From Octopus vulgaris (lineage: Eukaryota): DNA of 64,000 nucleotides. This document shows, one piece after another, positions 1 through 14,631 of this stretch (within the stretch, counting starts at the first letter, position 1; the number at the start of each line of letters is the position of its first letter). The translations under genes were made by a program, and so were the position numbers. The notes below the pieces were generated by a model. The model was not told where the DNA came from. It saw only the letters and a program-made list of their open reading frames with translations, and did not search any database. Location of the stretch: assembly GCA_951406725.2 (NCBI GenBank), contig OX597831.1:19592001-19656000 (forward strand). Reading direction: 5' to 3'.

Positions 1-57
1 TCTCTAAGATATTACTAATTGATTTGAGAACTTTACATTATTGGAAAACCTATATGA

Positions 58-147
58 AATTAGCTGAAGATTACTTGACATATTATATTTGCTGTAATAT
101 TTGCAGCTTTAATAACTTGTTATAGTATGAAACAATTGTACTAAATT
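58..147 (+). ncRNA. Degenerate hammerhead of the same pLTR family (element spans ~1-180)
   Basis: aattag-CTGAAGA...gtat-GAAAC-AATT-GTA-ctaaatt; downstream atccattcttgttgctt is shared with 8740 and 24595. Confidence 0.6.
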
Positions 148-732
148 ACCGGATCCATTCTTGTTGCTTATTTTTGGTTATATATATATATATATATATA
201 TACATATATATAGAACCATCCGATCACAGATGTATTTATACTGTAAGTCCATGCATTGACACGATATTTTATCACGTTTCTCTTCCTCATTGCAACGAAT
301 GCAACTTGTACTTCGAAACGGAATAATTATTCAAACCACTTTAGCAATTTCCTAAAAGAGCCGGTTGCATAGATAGCGTGTAAAAAGCGAACACTATTGA
401 TTTCATTTAATTACTAGACACATGTCTCGTATTCGAGCCGAGCTGCAGTAAATTCATTTCAAGAGCAACATAAAAACTAAATAAACCTGTTTAATTCTTT
501 CTTGAATGTGGGGAGACATTTCTGAAATTGGCTTAACGAAACCAGTGACTGTAAAATAAAACATGACGACTGCAGTAATTGAAATATGTTAATTAACTGT
601 ACAAAGAGAAGCCCCAGCACGAAAGGTATACATACATACGTAAATGTGTGTGTGTGTGCGTCTGTGTGTCTATGCGTATGAGAGAGAGAATATGCATAAA
701 TGTTCGTATGTATATGTATATATATATATATA

Positions 733-1068
733 GGTATGCATGGCTCAGTGGTTAGAGCGTCGAGCTTACGATCGTGAGGTTGTGAGTTCGAATCCCGGAC
801 CGGGCTGCGTGTTGTGTTCTTGAGCAAAGCACTTTATTTCACGTTGCTCCGGTTGACTCAGCTGTAGAAATGAATTGCGACGTCACTGGTGCCAAGCTGT
901 ATCGACCTTTGTCTTTCCCTTGGATAACACTGGTGGCGTGGAGAGGGGAGGCCGGTATGCATGGGCGACTGCTGGTCTTCCATAAAAACAACCTTGCCCA
1001 GACTTGTGCCTCAGAGGGTAACTCTCTAGGTGCAAACCCATGGTCACACATGACCGAAGGGGGTCTTT
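733..1068 (+). mobile_element. tRNA-derived SINE, family A (CORE-like domain)
   Basis: A box TGGCTCAGTGG, B box GTTCGAATCC, CORE-like ttgtgttcttgagcaaagcacttta; homologue at 52205-52525. Confidence 0.88.
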
Positions 1069-1101
<33 letters not shown>

Positions 1102-1151
1102 ATGTGTGTGTGTGCGTGTGTGTGTGTGTGTGTATTTATATATATATATAT

Positions 1152-1184
<33 letters not shown>

Positions 1185-1386
1185 CTGTTACTTGTTTCAG
1201 CCGTTGCACTGAGGCCATGCTGGGCAGCGATTAAAAGGGTTTTAGTCGAACAATTTGACCACGGGATATAGTTTTTAAGTCTTCTTTTCTGATACTTATT
1301 CTATCGACCCGTTTTGCTGAACCACTATGTTACGGCTGTCACGCGGTGGGTGGGGAGGACAAACGCTGATACAAAGACACACATAG

Positions 1387-1418
<32 letters not shown>

Positions 1419-1583
1419 GGACACAAACACACGCATATTTATGTGTATATACATATATATATAATTTCATATCATATATACATATATGTATATATAGTGA
1501 TAGAAAAGAAAAGAGAGAAGCGAATATCTAGATAGCGTAAGATATAGGTAGACATACATATAGGCAGGTAGCTAGCTAGCTAA

Positions 1584-1748
<165 letters not shown>

Positions 1749-2414
1749 CGGACAGTCAGACATTTTCTTTCTAATGACATAGTTAACTACTATCGTTTCA
1801 AAACTAATAATAGTATTTACTACAGAAGACAAACATGGACCATTGATTAAACGGACGTGCACACACACACACACACGCTCACACACACACACACACATAC
1901 ACACTTACACAAATACACCATCAAATGTACACAAATTTTAAATCGCCAGCGAAATGTATGTTAATACGAAATCATTTCAAGTGGAAACAACATACGACGC
2001 TTTGGAGCGCAGATAATTACTTCTTTACCGGAACTCGATAAATGCAGCAAAAATAATAACAACTTGTAAATTACAAACAGGTGAGATAAGAATTTGGTAT
2101 TTTTCAGGAACATGTTAAAGGTTGGGGTTTTTTGTTAAATTGGTTAAATAAATTGAATTGATCCAAATCAACTGAAATTTTAATATTTTCGTTTTCAAAC
2201 AGCAGTTTTTGTCATTGTATTATTGTTTGCTTTTTGTTCTCTTTTCTAATTTCTAGAATCAGACACGGTACTTTCTTACAGTTTCTTCTATAAAACGAGG
2301 ACTTAGATTAACGCATCTGTACATATATATATGAATAGCGATTGCGAAACCGGTCGATACATTAAAAATTATATTATAACCATGTAAGTGTGCGTATTTT
2401 CCGTTTTTTATTTT

Positions 2415-2469
<55 letters not shown>

Positions 2470-2548
2470 GTATATAAAAGAAGTTTTTGCGTAATGAGAT
2501 AAAAAAAAACCAAGGTTGTGTAGATATTAGAATATATATAGATAGAAG

Positions 2549-2600
2549 GTCTTACAGCTGTTTCCAGGACATCTATTAATTATATCCCTTCATCAGAGAC
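2549..2600 (-). ncRNA. Minimal type I hammerhead ribozyme in a Penelope-like pLTR remnant (~2515-2890)
   Basis: - strand reads GTCT-CTGATGA-aGGGATAT...ATGTCCTg-GAAAC-AGCT-GTA-AGAC; palindromic stem III ACAGCTGT. Confidence 0.8.
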
Positions 2601-2896
2601 GGTGTGAGAGGATGGTTAAGTAATAGTTAGTTTAGATAGGATACAAAATAGCGAGTTAGGTGGAGAAAGGAAATGGATGTAAGATATGTAGGGAAGAAGT
2701 TGTAGATATATTTTTTTAGGCAGAATGGTATATATGTAAGATTCCAATATCTTATGAGTAAAATCCAACAGAATTTAAAATGGGTCCTTCCAAATATAGA
2801 GTTTATACACAATGTAAGATTCCAATACCTTATGAGTGAGATCCAGCAGTATTTAAACTGGGTCATTCCAAGTTGTAGAGTCAAAGGCTTTTATTT

Positions 2897-2943
<47 letters not shown>

Positions 2944-3891
2944 CACACACACACATACACGCACATACACACACACATATATATATTGTCCGTTCAGCCT
3001 GCAATGATTCGTTTTCGTTTTTTTTTTCATTTTTAACAAGCTTCACTCGACCTGGTTGAAGCTATGAACAAAATCTGTAAAACTCAGAGTTCTATTGATC
3101 CCACTTACTGGTTCGTGGCAGGAACACTCATCTATATGTGTGCACTCGTTCCTCTTCACCAAAAGCATCCAATCTGAATCCCTCCATAACCATAAGATAA
3201 ATTGGAATAGATTTGAGGAAATTCCAACCACGTTTCGTGGTTCGCTACCTCAACAGCTCCTTTACAGGACCCAGTGGCTAAAGACATCATCAGGAGGAAC
3301 CATGTCCGTTTTCTGCCCCTACTCCTCTACCGTTTTCGACGTGGTGGGAACCTCCTTTCGGAGGTGTCTTCAGCTCTTGGTTTCTTCGATGCAGCGTCAA
3401 CGAATGTCAGCGGCCGAATGACAATCGTGTCAAATTACCCTTTAAATACTCGCCGGTAGGCTCCAGCAGCCAGCACCAGCTAAATGTCACGTGGCACTGT
3501 CTAAGCTTCAACTGACCAATGGAGGGGAAGGGCGAGTAGTTTTGGGCACGTCCTCACTAAACCTGCATTCCAACAGTGTTGTGTTTTTTTTCAGTCAATC
3601 AGTCTAACATCAGCAGATGACGCTTTGGTGCTTTTTAACAAGCATGCAGCCGGGATAGATCTGAAGTCCAATGCCTGGAGGTTGTGCTTTCTAATGTATC
3701 GATCGAAGAGACGGTGTTATTCCATGGGCCTCCTGCTCTACCAATACTGGGAACTTTGCAAATGTTTGGCATTGAATGCTGCCTATCTTCATCTCACTAA
3801 ATCGTAAAACATAAAAGTGTATGCATACAAGCCACTACGAATAAATCAATCGATAATTACAACCATAAATAAATACAACTAATTAAATATA

Positions 3892-4303
3892 TAGACGCAG
3901 GAGTGGCTGTGTGGTAAGTAGCTTGCTTACCAACCACATGGCTCCAGGTTCAGTCCCACTGCGTGCCATCCTGGGCAAGTGTCTTCTACTATAGCCTCGA
4001 GCCGACAAAAGACTTGTGAGTAGATTTGGTAGACGGAATCTGAAAGAAGCCCGTCGTATATATATATACATATATATGTGTGTGTGTGTGTGTGTTTGTG
4101 TGTTTATGTGCCTGTGTTTGTCCCCCTGGCATTGCTTGACAACCGATGCTGGTGTGTTTATGTCCCCGTCACTTAGCAGTTTGTCAAAAGAGACCGATAG
4201 AATAAGTACTAGGCTTATAAGTACGGGGTCGATTTGCTCGACTAAAGGTGGTGCTCCAGCATGGCCGCAGTCAAATGACTGAAACAAGTAAAAAAGTAAA
4301 AGA
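3892..4303 (+). mobile_element. SINE family B, full-length, with internal microsatellite and LINE-like 3' tail. Other copies: 1185-1400(-), 8110-8192 + 8990-9170(+), 25230-25410(+), 30670-31100(-), 32560-32720(+), 47955-48150(-), 50160-50315(-), 59900-60060(-)
   Basis: Head gagtggctgtgtggtaag...ggttcagtccc; ctgggcaagtgtctt; tail ggtgctccagcatggccgcagtcaaatgactgaaac; many dispersed copies. Confidence 0.88.
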
Positions 4304-4901
4304 GTCAGACATATACAATTTAATTGTGATATTTCAGTGGAAAAAAAATCTACAAACGCGCGGCAAAACAAATGTGAGTGAAGAAAGAGTCAAAGGATAT
4401 AGAGTTGATAGGAATAATAATTCACACTGCGTAACATATAGCCAAAAATGATAGATGTGGCAGGGAATTCTCCAAACAGAATTCTCCAAATGTAAGGGAA
4501 ATTCCCCAAAAGCAACGTGTACGACAGGTGAAGACGTTTATCATTCGGAGTACAGTAATATATTTTAGTCGCTAAAGTTGCTAGTTGCAATGATAACGGT
4601 TATGAGAAAAGAGTGGTTTTTCGTATTAAACGAGCCTGACATTTAGATTTACTGCAAATAACATAGATCGATAATGGTGTCTGTCTCTCTTGCAAAAAGA
4701 CAAAGACACAGACACACAAAAGTAGATGAATCATATACATACATACATACAAACTTCATATATAAATATATATAAGTATATAATCATACGTATATATAGA
4801 AAGAGAAAGAGGGAGAGAGAAGGAGAGGGGGAGCGAAAGAGATAGATAATTGATACGTTTGCGCGTATATATATATGTATATATATATAAATACATATAC
4901 A

Positions 4902-4939
<38 letters not shown>

Positions 4940-4964
4940 TAATATATATTATATATATATACAT

Positions 4965-5180
4965 ATACATTGTGACCTCGTGTGTACCGTTGGCGATTTT
5001 TTTCCCTCTGTCTTCCCTTCTCTGGATCTTTCCTTCTCCTATGTTTCTGACGAAGAGCTCCGCTCGAAACATTACACCCTCCTTCTTTCTTTTTTTCCTG
5101 AGCGTCCAATAATACTATATTTGTTCCACGTCCTCGCGTTGGTGTGTTTTTTGTGCTTTCTTGTTTGGATTAACTATATA
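4965..5180 (+). mobile_element. Short pLTR-like repeat with a minimal hammerhead (5043-5078), flanked by (TA)n
   Basis: GTTT-CTGACGA-aGAGC-tcc-GCTC-GAAAC; second copy at 60725-60935. Confidence 0.7.
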
Positions 5181-5205
5181 TATATATATAGGTATACAAA
5201 TATAG

Positions 5206-5270
<65 letters not shown>

Positions 5271-5328
5271 TGCATGTACGTATGTATGTATGTATGTATG
5301 TATGTATGTATGTATGTATGTATGTATG

Positions 5329-5371
<43 letters not shown>

Positions 5372-5599
5372 GTGCTTTGAGTTCTATTTTTCCTGTTTGT
5401 CCCCTGACCAAATAATCACTCACCTCAATTCATTCGCCTTTTGAAAAGTCTCGTTGTCCGTATCAGAGTTGGTCCAAAACAATTTTGCCCACCAAGCAGA
5501 CCTATTGGTGTTGCCCGTTTATTCGTTGACAGTCAGATCATACAGCAGGATGTAATGGATTTCATACTAGGATAGCAGCCACGCGTGACATTATACACT

Positions 5600-5632
<33 letters not shown>

Positions 5633-5714
5633 TTACTTACGCGCAGATATACATACATGTACTTACACGCATATAGAGACACACGCATATTGTACACATC
5701 CATTCATAAAACTT

Positions 5715-5998
5715 AACTTAGATAAAACTTAGATATGTTTCGACCAGAGATTGGTCCAGGCCATGTCTAACTTAATAGCACCACCTGATAGGATTATTCG
5801 AATCCTGTTTAAGTCAAGTTTTGTTCAAGTAGTGAGTTCTTGTTGGATGAGTTGTACCAGTTTTGTTCAAGTAGTGAGTTCTTGTTGGGTGAGTTGTATC
5901 CAATTATGGGTGGCTTGTCTGGTATTCTTTGAAGGAATCTATCCAGACTTTGTTTAAAGTTGATGGGATCCTTTTCCTCTTTGATCTCCCTCGGGACA
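5715..5998 (-). mobile_element. 3' fragment of a CR1-group LINE with a ~39-bp internal tandem duplication
   Basis: FKQSLDRFLQRIPDKP...NSLL aligns with the C-terminus FKMKLDLFLSGIPDEP...NSL of the 61 kb LINE. Confidence 0.7.
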
Positions 5999-6055
5999 AT
6001 GTTATATATATTTATATATTTATATATGCGTATGTGTGCCTGCATGTGTGTGTGT

Positions 6056-6087
<32 letters not shown>

Positions 6088-6088
6088 T

Positions 6089-6127
<39 letters not shown>

Positions 6128-7349
6128 CTGCATGTGTATGTGAAACTTTGTAATATAATCCTTGATATCGACGTTTAATTAATACTACAGCTATGAAATA
6201 CACATTACCGTCTTCGAGAATAAATATCGAAAATGTTTTCTGAACAATAAATATCTTTTTTCCTTTGCCATCTATCTCTTCTCAACATTAACATCCAGAA
6301 AAAGCCATCATCACTTTCCATTGGCATCATAACATTCCTCTTTTGTCTTCGACCGTTTTCTTCTGCCAATTTAATCTCATTTACTCACATAAAGCAATCT
6401 AATAATGCCGGTGCTCTTTGTGTTTCGAACGTAAATCAATCTTACCAGAAAAGAGCAAACAAAATACATTACATTTCTGTCTCGAATTGAAAAACCCACA
6501 AAACATCACGAAAGAAAATAAAAACACCGAAAAAAAATTAAGCGGTAAAAACTTGCCGAAAATAACCCAGAAAAAATAAAATAAACAGACTGCCTAGAAA
6601 ATTTATAAAGATTTTGTATAACTCGTTGTTTACAATGTACCAAGATATTTGTCTTCAGAATTTCTGTTTTAATTTAGTTTTCAAATCATTCTTAATATTT
6701 CAACACAACAACGAAAGACAAGACTATAACATTCACCTTTTCTTAAAATTCAATTTGTTGTAGTGAAAGTTCATATCGATAACTTTGGTATTGATAATGC
6801 GTTAATGAAATCAAAACGGCAAATTAAACACAGTGAAACTAATTTTATTATTTATTTAATCAGTTTTATTTTTATTTAATTGTTCATTCGTTTTTTGGTT
6901 TTTTGTTTACTTTTGTTTAGTAGGTTTCGAAGAAAGAGATCGTACACGTGGCCTTTACTTGCCAAATGAGATCTATGTCTTTATCAATATTTTCTACAGA
7001 CACTAGACTACAGCCATTCTGGGACGTCCTCTCGAAGTGCTTAGTGGAACAAACCGACTAATCTTTTAAAACTGGTATTTCGTCTCTTGATCGTTTACGG
7101 AACAGTTATGTCACAGAATGTGAACAAATTCCAGTGTCACCATGCGGTGTGGGGAAAAAAGACAAATACCTGTATACATACATGCATACGTACATACATA
7201 CACACACACATACATACATACATACATACATACTTGCATACATGCATGAAAGCGTGCATACTTACATACACACATACATACATTCATGCATGCAAGTGTA
7301 CATACATACATGCCTGCCTGTATGTATGTATCATCAGCAAACAACAACT

Positions 7350-7995
7350 AACTCATTTGCCATTTCTCTCCATTTTCTCCCACCATTTGAGCTGCCCTAC
7401 CAAAACTTCTAGCATTCACCACTCTCACCATACCATCCATATATAGATTAAACAGCCACGGGGACATCACACAAGCGAATCTTAACCCCACCTTCACATC
7501 AAACCACTCACATACTTCACCACCCACCCTAACGCACGCCCTACTTTCTCTATAGAAACTCTGTACAGCTCTCAACAACCTACCATCTACACCATACAAC
7601 CGCAACACCTACCACATTGCATCCCTATCATATGCCTATGATAGGGATGCAATCATCCGGTCATATGCCTTCTCTATGTCCATAAAGGCCCAATACACAT
7701 CCGTCCCTTTTGCCAAACACTTCTAACACGTCTGCCTTATTACAAATATCTGATCTACACACCCACTTCCACTCTTAAAACCGCACTGCGTCTCCTCTAG
7801 GACTCTCTCTGTCTGGTTCTTCACCCCTACAATCAGAATTCTCTCATACAGTTCACCAACCACACACAACAGACTTATAACCCTAAAATTTCCACGCTCA
7901 CATTATCCCCTTTCCCCTTGTACAGTGGCACTATACAGGCCCTGCACCAGTTTTTGGTACATTTTCAGCCATATAACGAACATTCATAAGCCTCA
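7350..7995 (-). mobile_element. RTE-type LINE reverse transcriptase fragment (decayed)
   Basis: QCGF..G.GCVDQIF, AFMDIEKAYD and WFDVKVGLR..CVMSPWLFNLYMD motifs, with stops and frameshifts. Confidence 0.85.
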
Positions 7996-8196
7996 CTAAT
8001 CATTTAATCATTGTCACTCCTTCTTGATTTATGCATTCCACTATACACCCATCTAGGGTTGGCACCTTCCTGTTTGCCATTTTCTGCAAGAATTACCTCA
8101 CCTCCTCTCTTCCAAGTGTTTTCTACTATAGCCTCGGGCCGACCAAAGCCTTGTAATTGGATTTGGTGGACGGAAACTGAAAGAAACCCGATGTAA

Positions 8197-8245
<49 letters not shown>

Positions 8246-8274
8246 CGAGAATGAAGCAACAAGAATGGATAAGT

Positions 8275-8365
8275 TTTTAGTACAATCGTTTCATACAAGG
8301 ACAGGTTTTATTAAAAGTTGCAAAAATTACAGCATATAAACGTGTCCCGTACTCATCAGCTAAAA
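8275..8365 (-). ncRNA. Type I hammerhead ribozyme (inverted copy of 8644-8734)
   Basis: Reverse complement of 8644-8734. Confidence 0.8.
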
Positions 8366-8643
8366 TACATGTGAGTTCTCTAGACATCCTAGTGGTTGAG
8401 GCTATACTCATGAAGTAATGTAGATAATTAAGTAACATAAACAGATTTCAAAAGAGGTGACTATGGATTAGGTCACCTCCTCTGTGATGCTATTAAGACT
8501 TTTTTTAAAATTCTGTGATAAGACTGTACATCATCTTTAAAGAACTTTAATGAACTTTTGAAATCTGTTTATGTTACTTAATTATCTACATTACTTCATG
8601 AGTATAGCCTCAACCACTAGGATGTCTAGAGAACTCACATGTA

Positions 8644-8734
8644 TTTTAGCTGATGAGTACGGGACACGTTTATATGCTGTAATTTTTGCAACTTTTAATA
8701 AAACCTGTCCTTGTATGAAACGATTGTACTAAAA
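8644..8734 (+). ncRNA. Type I hammerhead ribozyme with a long stem II
   Basis: TTTTAG-CTGATGA-GTACGGGACA...TGTCCTTGTAT-GAAAC-GATT-GTA-CTAAAA. Confidence 0.8.
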
Positions 8735-8876
8735 ACCTATCCATTCTTGTTGCTTCATTCTCGCTTATAATCACCCCACATTACTGTATTGTTAAATCAG
8801 TATAGTTTTTTTTGGTGCATCTAAGTTAGGTACCATATTCAAGTAAATTCATTTAAATTAACTTGAATCTTTATTG

Positions 8877-8941
<65 letters not shown>

Positions 8942-9690
8942 GCATGTATGTATGTATGTATGCGTATGGATATATTTGTGCGTCTGTGATTGACAACCGA
9001 TGGTGGTGTGTTTACGTCCCCGTAACTTAGCGGTTCGGTAAAAGTGCTTGATAGAATAAGTATTAGACTTCCAAAGAATAAGTCCTGGGGTCGATTTGTT
9101 CGACTAAAGACGGTGCTCCAGCATAGCCGCAGTCAAAAGACTGAAACAGGAAAATCAGTAAAAGAGTAAAAGAGTATATCGATAGACAGATAGTTAGAAA
9201 GATATACTTCATTATTGGCCACACAGGGCTGAACACAGAGGGGACAAAATACAAAGTACAGCTTGTTTGGGGAAGAAGAGAAAAAAAAGTGGGTCGAATT
9301 TCGATCAAAAGAGATCGTGAAAAACGAAGCCGATCAAAAGGGATCCCGTATCACAGAAATGTCAATGTGAATAGGGAAAACAAATTAGGTTTATCCGTGG
9401 AAAGAAAAGCCTACGGAAAAGACCACGATAACCTTGGGCAATAATGTCATGCAAAAAGAAAACACATTACAGTAAGTGACTCTCTTTTTTCCTTTCCTTT
9501 TTTCTTTTTGGTTCATAGGATTATGCTCAAGCTGGCTCCGTCATTCACACGTGCCATCCTTGTTACATTCACCCATCTTTTTTTTAAACATTTACTCGAC
9601 AAAACTTGCTTCTCTACTCTTAACTTCCTCTTCAAGTGATACTTGAAGAAGTTGATGAGAGATTGACCAGAGAGGAAAGTGTTTGTCTCT

Positions 9691-9721
<31 letters not shown>

Positions 9722-9882
9722 TAGGTAGATAGAGAGAGATAGGTAGATAGAGAGAGAGAGAGATAAACAGACACATAGATAAAGAGATAGATAGATAGAT
9801 GCATACATACATACATACATACATACAAACATACATACATACAAACATACATACATACATACATAAAAACATACATACATAC

Positions 9883-9962
<80 letters not shown>

Positions 9963-10211
9963 GATAGAATTTACGGATGCAATAAATCCAAGCAAATACC
10001 GCTTACGCACTGTGAGTAAATAGAACCTGACAAACTAAATTGCTGATTTGATACAATGGCAACCCGTATCGGTTCTTATGTATATCTTGTGACAGGTAGA
10101 ATTTGTAAATCCTAAGGATTTCACCAATTAGTTACATTGTTTCAATCTCAAGGTATATTAGAAAAGACACAGAATGAAGATGTTTTATGAACCATACGTT
10201 TTCTATACCTA

Positions 10212-10409
<198 letters not shown>

Positions 10410-10787
10410 TGCATACATGCATATATACATATGTATGTATGTTCGTATGTATGCATATGTACTGCTATTTGAAGCTTGCAAAAGCAAGCCTTAGCCTCCA
10501 CATACCAGCTTTCTATTTGCTGTTTGACTCTTGGCATATTGCGTCATTTTGAGAAAATAGTGTTACCACAATGCGGTAAGCACACGCGTTCACCTTAATC
10601 AAACAAGACTATTCCAGTTGCCAGTTGAGATAAATATTACTAAACAGCGTTTAAAGAAATAAAGCAAATGTGACACGACACATTTTAAACGATAAAATAT
10701 TTCACACAAAAAAACATGATAAAACCTTATAAAATTTAATAATTGAACCAGATCATAATTAATTAAATCTTACTTAATTCAATTTAG

Positions 10788-10966
10788 GAATTGGCACTGC
10801 TCTGAGGAGGAGAAGAGTAGCCTGATTTTCGGCAGACATCGATAGTTTGGAATCTTTGGCTGAAATAGAAAGAGGTGCTAATTATGCAATGCAAATTCTT
10901 CACAATCGATCAGGCGTTCAACGTACTATTGATTCGGCCATTCAACAGCTTTCATCAATAGCTTAA
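10788..10966 (+). CDS. Candidate terminal coding exon of an unidentified host gene, with two same-phase acceptors
   Basis: Non-repetitive, higher-GC island. Acceptor tttag|G at 10787 gives GIGTALRRRRVA*; acceptor ttttcggcag| at 10835 gives DIDSLESLAEIERGANYAMQILHNRSGVQRTIDSAIQQLSSIA* in the same frame. No homology recognised. Confidence 0.3.
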
Positions 10967-11561
10967 AATTGAGTTTAACGTATTTCCATATAGATGAGAT
11001 TAACTGCAATATCCTGCCTAAGCTGGATAGGCAAGAATATGCAAATAACATACTTAAAAATCCTCTTATGTAACATTGCAAAGATGCAAGATTCTAACTC
11101 ACCTTTTGTTGTTAAATCTAGTATATTGATATAGTTATATATATATTTCTTTTTTCCGAATTGTTACGTAGAATTCGTCAAATTAGGAAGCTAATTCATA
11201 GTTCTTTACATTTCAATGGCTGAGGTTAAAGTCATTATTTAGTCATTCCTCATTGAATATTGATTGACTTCACTGTTAAGTAATCGTGGTGTTGTGCAAG
11301 ATTTCTTCTATTCTCGGTGGAATTTGGAACGTGGGGGGAAGTGCAAATACTACAGACGCCATTGTGAACAGAAATCACGTTGAGAATTTGGTGTGTCGGG
11401 AAATGACATTCAAGTACGTCTGAGATGGGATGCAGGCATGGCTCTCTGGTAACGCTGCTCATCTATACTCCGAGTATCGGGTTACATCCTACCCCTCAGC
11501 AGTTTTAGGAAACCTGGACCTGCTTGTTTCACACACACACACAAGTACATGCACACACGCA

Positions 11562-11623
<62 letters not shown>

Positions 11624-11725
11624 TATATACATATATACATATATATATATATATGTACATATATATATATATATGTATATGCATATATATATATATATAG
11701 ATAGATATATATAGATATAGATATG

Positions 11726-11756
<31 letters not shown>

Positions 11757-11798
11757 GTATCTATATAGGTATTTATATATATTTATAGATATATAAGT

Positions 11799-11857
<59 letters not shown>

Positions 11858-11961
11858 CATATATATATATATGCACGTATATATGCATAATATAAGCTGA
11901 TGTATGCATATATATATAATACATACATGCATATATATGTGTGTGTATGTATGTGTATGCA

Positions 11962-12004
<43 letters not shown>

Positions 12005-12637
12005 ATGTATAAACATACATACATAAATATATATATATATACATATACACATGTATATATGTATCTGTCAATTTGTGTCTGTATCCTTTTGCGTTTATAT
12101 TATATAGATGGTTCTCTGTGTGTTTGTGTGTGTGAGTGTAAATATATATGTACGTTCGTGCGACGTTATATGCATGTATTTAGGTGAAGAATTATTGTAC
12201 GTAAAATGCGAGGATTTTAGACTCCATGCCGATGAGGCTATGATACTTAAATGTGAAAGGTTATCGAGAATTGAAGGGTAATATTATCCACGAAAGTATA
12301 TTTATCTAGAATAACAGCGAAGAAGTATTTGATATATTGATGTAGAAGAAAACCCACTACGATAGCATTATCACTGAATACGGGGGCACATCTGGTGTAA
12401 TAGATGTGTGTGTGTGCGTGCGTATGCGTGTGTGTATATGTCTATGTGTGTGTGGATTATATACAGTTTCAAGCTTAGTACATCTCACATCTACCACATT
12501 TCTTTCAATATTTCTACACTACAAAACAATATATATATATATATATATATATATGCATATACATACATACATGCACAAACATACATACATACATACATAC
12601 ATACATACATACATACATACATACATACATACATACA

Positions 12638-12670
<33 letters not shown>

Positions 12671-13037
12671 CTCATCTTTTCATTCCCAACATAAACATGA
12701 AAAGCTTGTACGTATTTAGACATTGTGTTTCTCTTTTTTTATTAGAAAAAACTTTTCCATGACGCATAGCGAATCAATCCATCCGAGCCCATCATGTTCT
12801 GATGTTTCTTTAACTGGTTTCCATAGCATAAGAGTAGTGGTTGCTACTTCACACTTCACCTACATGCAGCTACATGTTCATACACACTCACACAGATATA
12901 CACTTACCTATGAGCATGCAGTCACTCACTCTCTCTTATGCTCTCTCTCTTTCTCTTTCTCCTCCTCTCTCTCTCTTTCCCATCCTCTTTAAGTAACTAT
13001 TAGCAACAGTAGCTGTATTTCTCAGTCAAGTAGCCAC

Positions 13038-13091
<54 letters not shown>

Positions 13092-13101
13092 ATATAGAAG
13101 G

Positions 13102-13152
13102 AGCTTCTACAGGACTAGTACTGTTTCATTCAAGAGAAATCTTCAGGAAGCT
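13102..13152 (-). ncRNA. Type I hammerhead ribozyme (inverted copy of 19005-19055)
   Basis: Reverse complement of 19005-19055. Confidence 0.88.
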
Positions 13153-13465
13153 ATTTAACAAGAATTGTATTAGCATTTATACATTTAGGCAGGTTTAAAG
13201 GAGTGGTGGTGGGGGACTTTTTGGGGGTAGGCATAGCGCAAAATATCATACTTGGGGGAGTGGTCAAGGAGTCAGTGGTAAGTTAGATGAAAGAATAGAT
13301 AAATAAAAAAATAAAAAAATAAAAAATATATATAAAAAATATATATATAAAAATATATATATAAAAAAAGGGGGGAAAGAGTTATAGGTAAATAAGGAGA
13401 TTCTCACTTATACCTATACACACATGTATACGTATCTACACACACATACATACACATATATATAT

Positions 13466-13518
<53 letters not shown>

Positions 13519-14320
13519 CACACATACATACATATCTACATACACACATACATACACCCGCCCACATATACAAATTTATACACATGCACATGCCTATACC
13601 TGTCTACACATACACACACGTATATATGCATACACTCACTCCCATGCATGCACGCATACACACATGTATATATATATATATACCCACGACCACACATACA
13701 TATATACACAGAAAAATATATATTCATACGCACATACACTCATGCACACACAACACTCCTAGTTCCCTATATACACATATTTACACCTATATATACATAC
13801 ACCCACATACACCTATGTACATATATGTATATATATATATATATATACATATACACGCATACATATATATACATGTGTGCACATACATACATACACACAT
13901 ATACATACACATACACATACACATGTGTACCTATACATACCTACACATACACACATACATACATACAAATATATATATATATATATATATATACAATCCA
14001 ATACAGGCCCATTCCTAATTTTAATTTTATTATCTTCATTTATTACTTTTGTTATCTTTGATCGCTAGATCTAAGAATCCTGGCTATGGCTGCATGTCCA
14101 TTTGTCTGTCTACTAGAAGGCAAGTACTCATTCGCACGCACACTCATTAGCACGTACATTCACCCATTCATACACTCATACACATACACGTACGCACACG
14201 TTATATTCATACATACAAACATCTACATACGTTCACGTATATACACATACGTACTCGTACCTACAGATTCGTGTCTACACTTTAGGAGGCTAGTCTATAC
14301 ATATACACCAATAAATATAC

Positions 14321-14357
<37 letters not shown>

Positions 14358-14594
14358 TATATACTCCTACATACAGATACATACCTATATATATATATAT
14401 ATATATATACATATATATACATACATACACATACACACATACATATACACACACATACATACACATATATATACATACACAAACATATATACACACATAT
14501 ATATACATACACACATACACACATACATACGTATACATACATACATACATCCATACATCCATATTACATGCATTTATACGCATACACACACCCA

Positions 14595-14631
<37 letters not shown>

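Larger units (their letters stand above)
8240..8883. mobile_element. Inverted-repeat Penelope-like pLTR element (arms 8240-8454 and 8555-8769, 3' tail to 8883) inserted in a (TA)n tract inside a SINE
   Basis: ~215-bp near-perfect arms, each with a hammerhead. The right arm and tail are homologous to 24400-24737 and 1-180. SINE halves at 8110-8192 and 8990-9170 flank it. Confidence 0.85.

Noticed and set aside
737-810. tRNA gene
   Set aside because: A and B boxes are present, but there is no proper acceptor stem and it continues into a dispersed SINE body.
3050-3480. Possible Penelope endonuclease remnant (HNHKINW) with a hammerhead-like motif on the opposite strand
   Set aside because: The motif is too short, the core spacing is non-canonical and the strands disagree; unsupported without a search.
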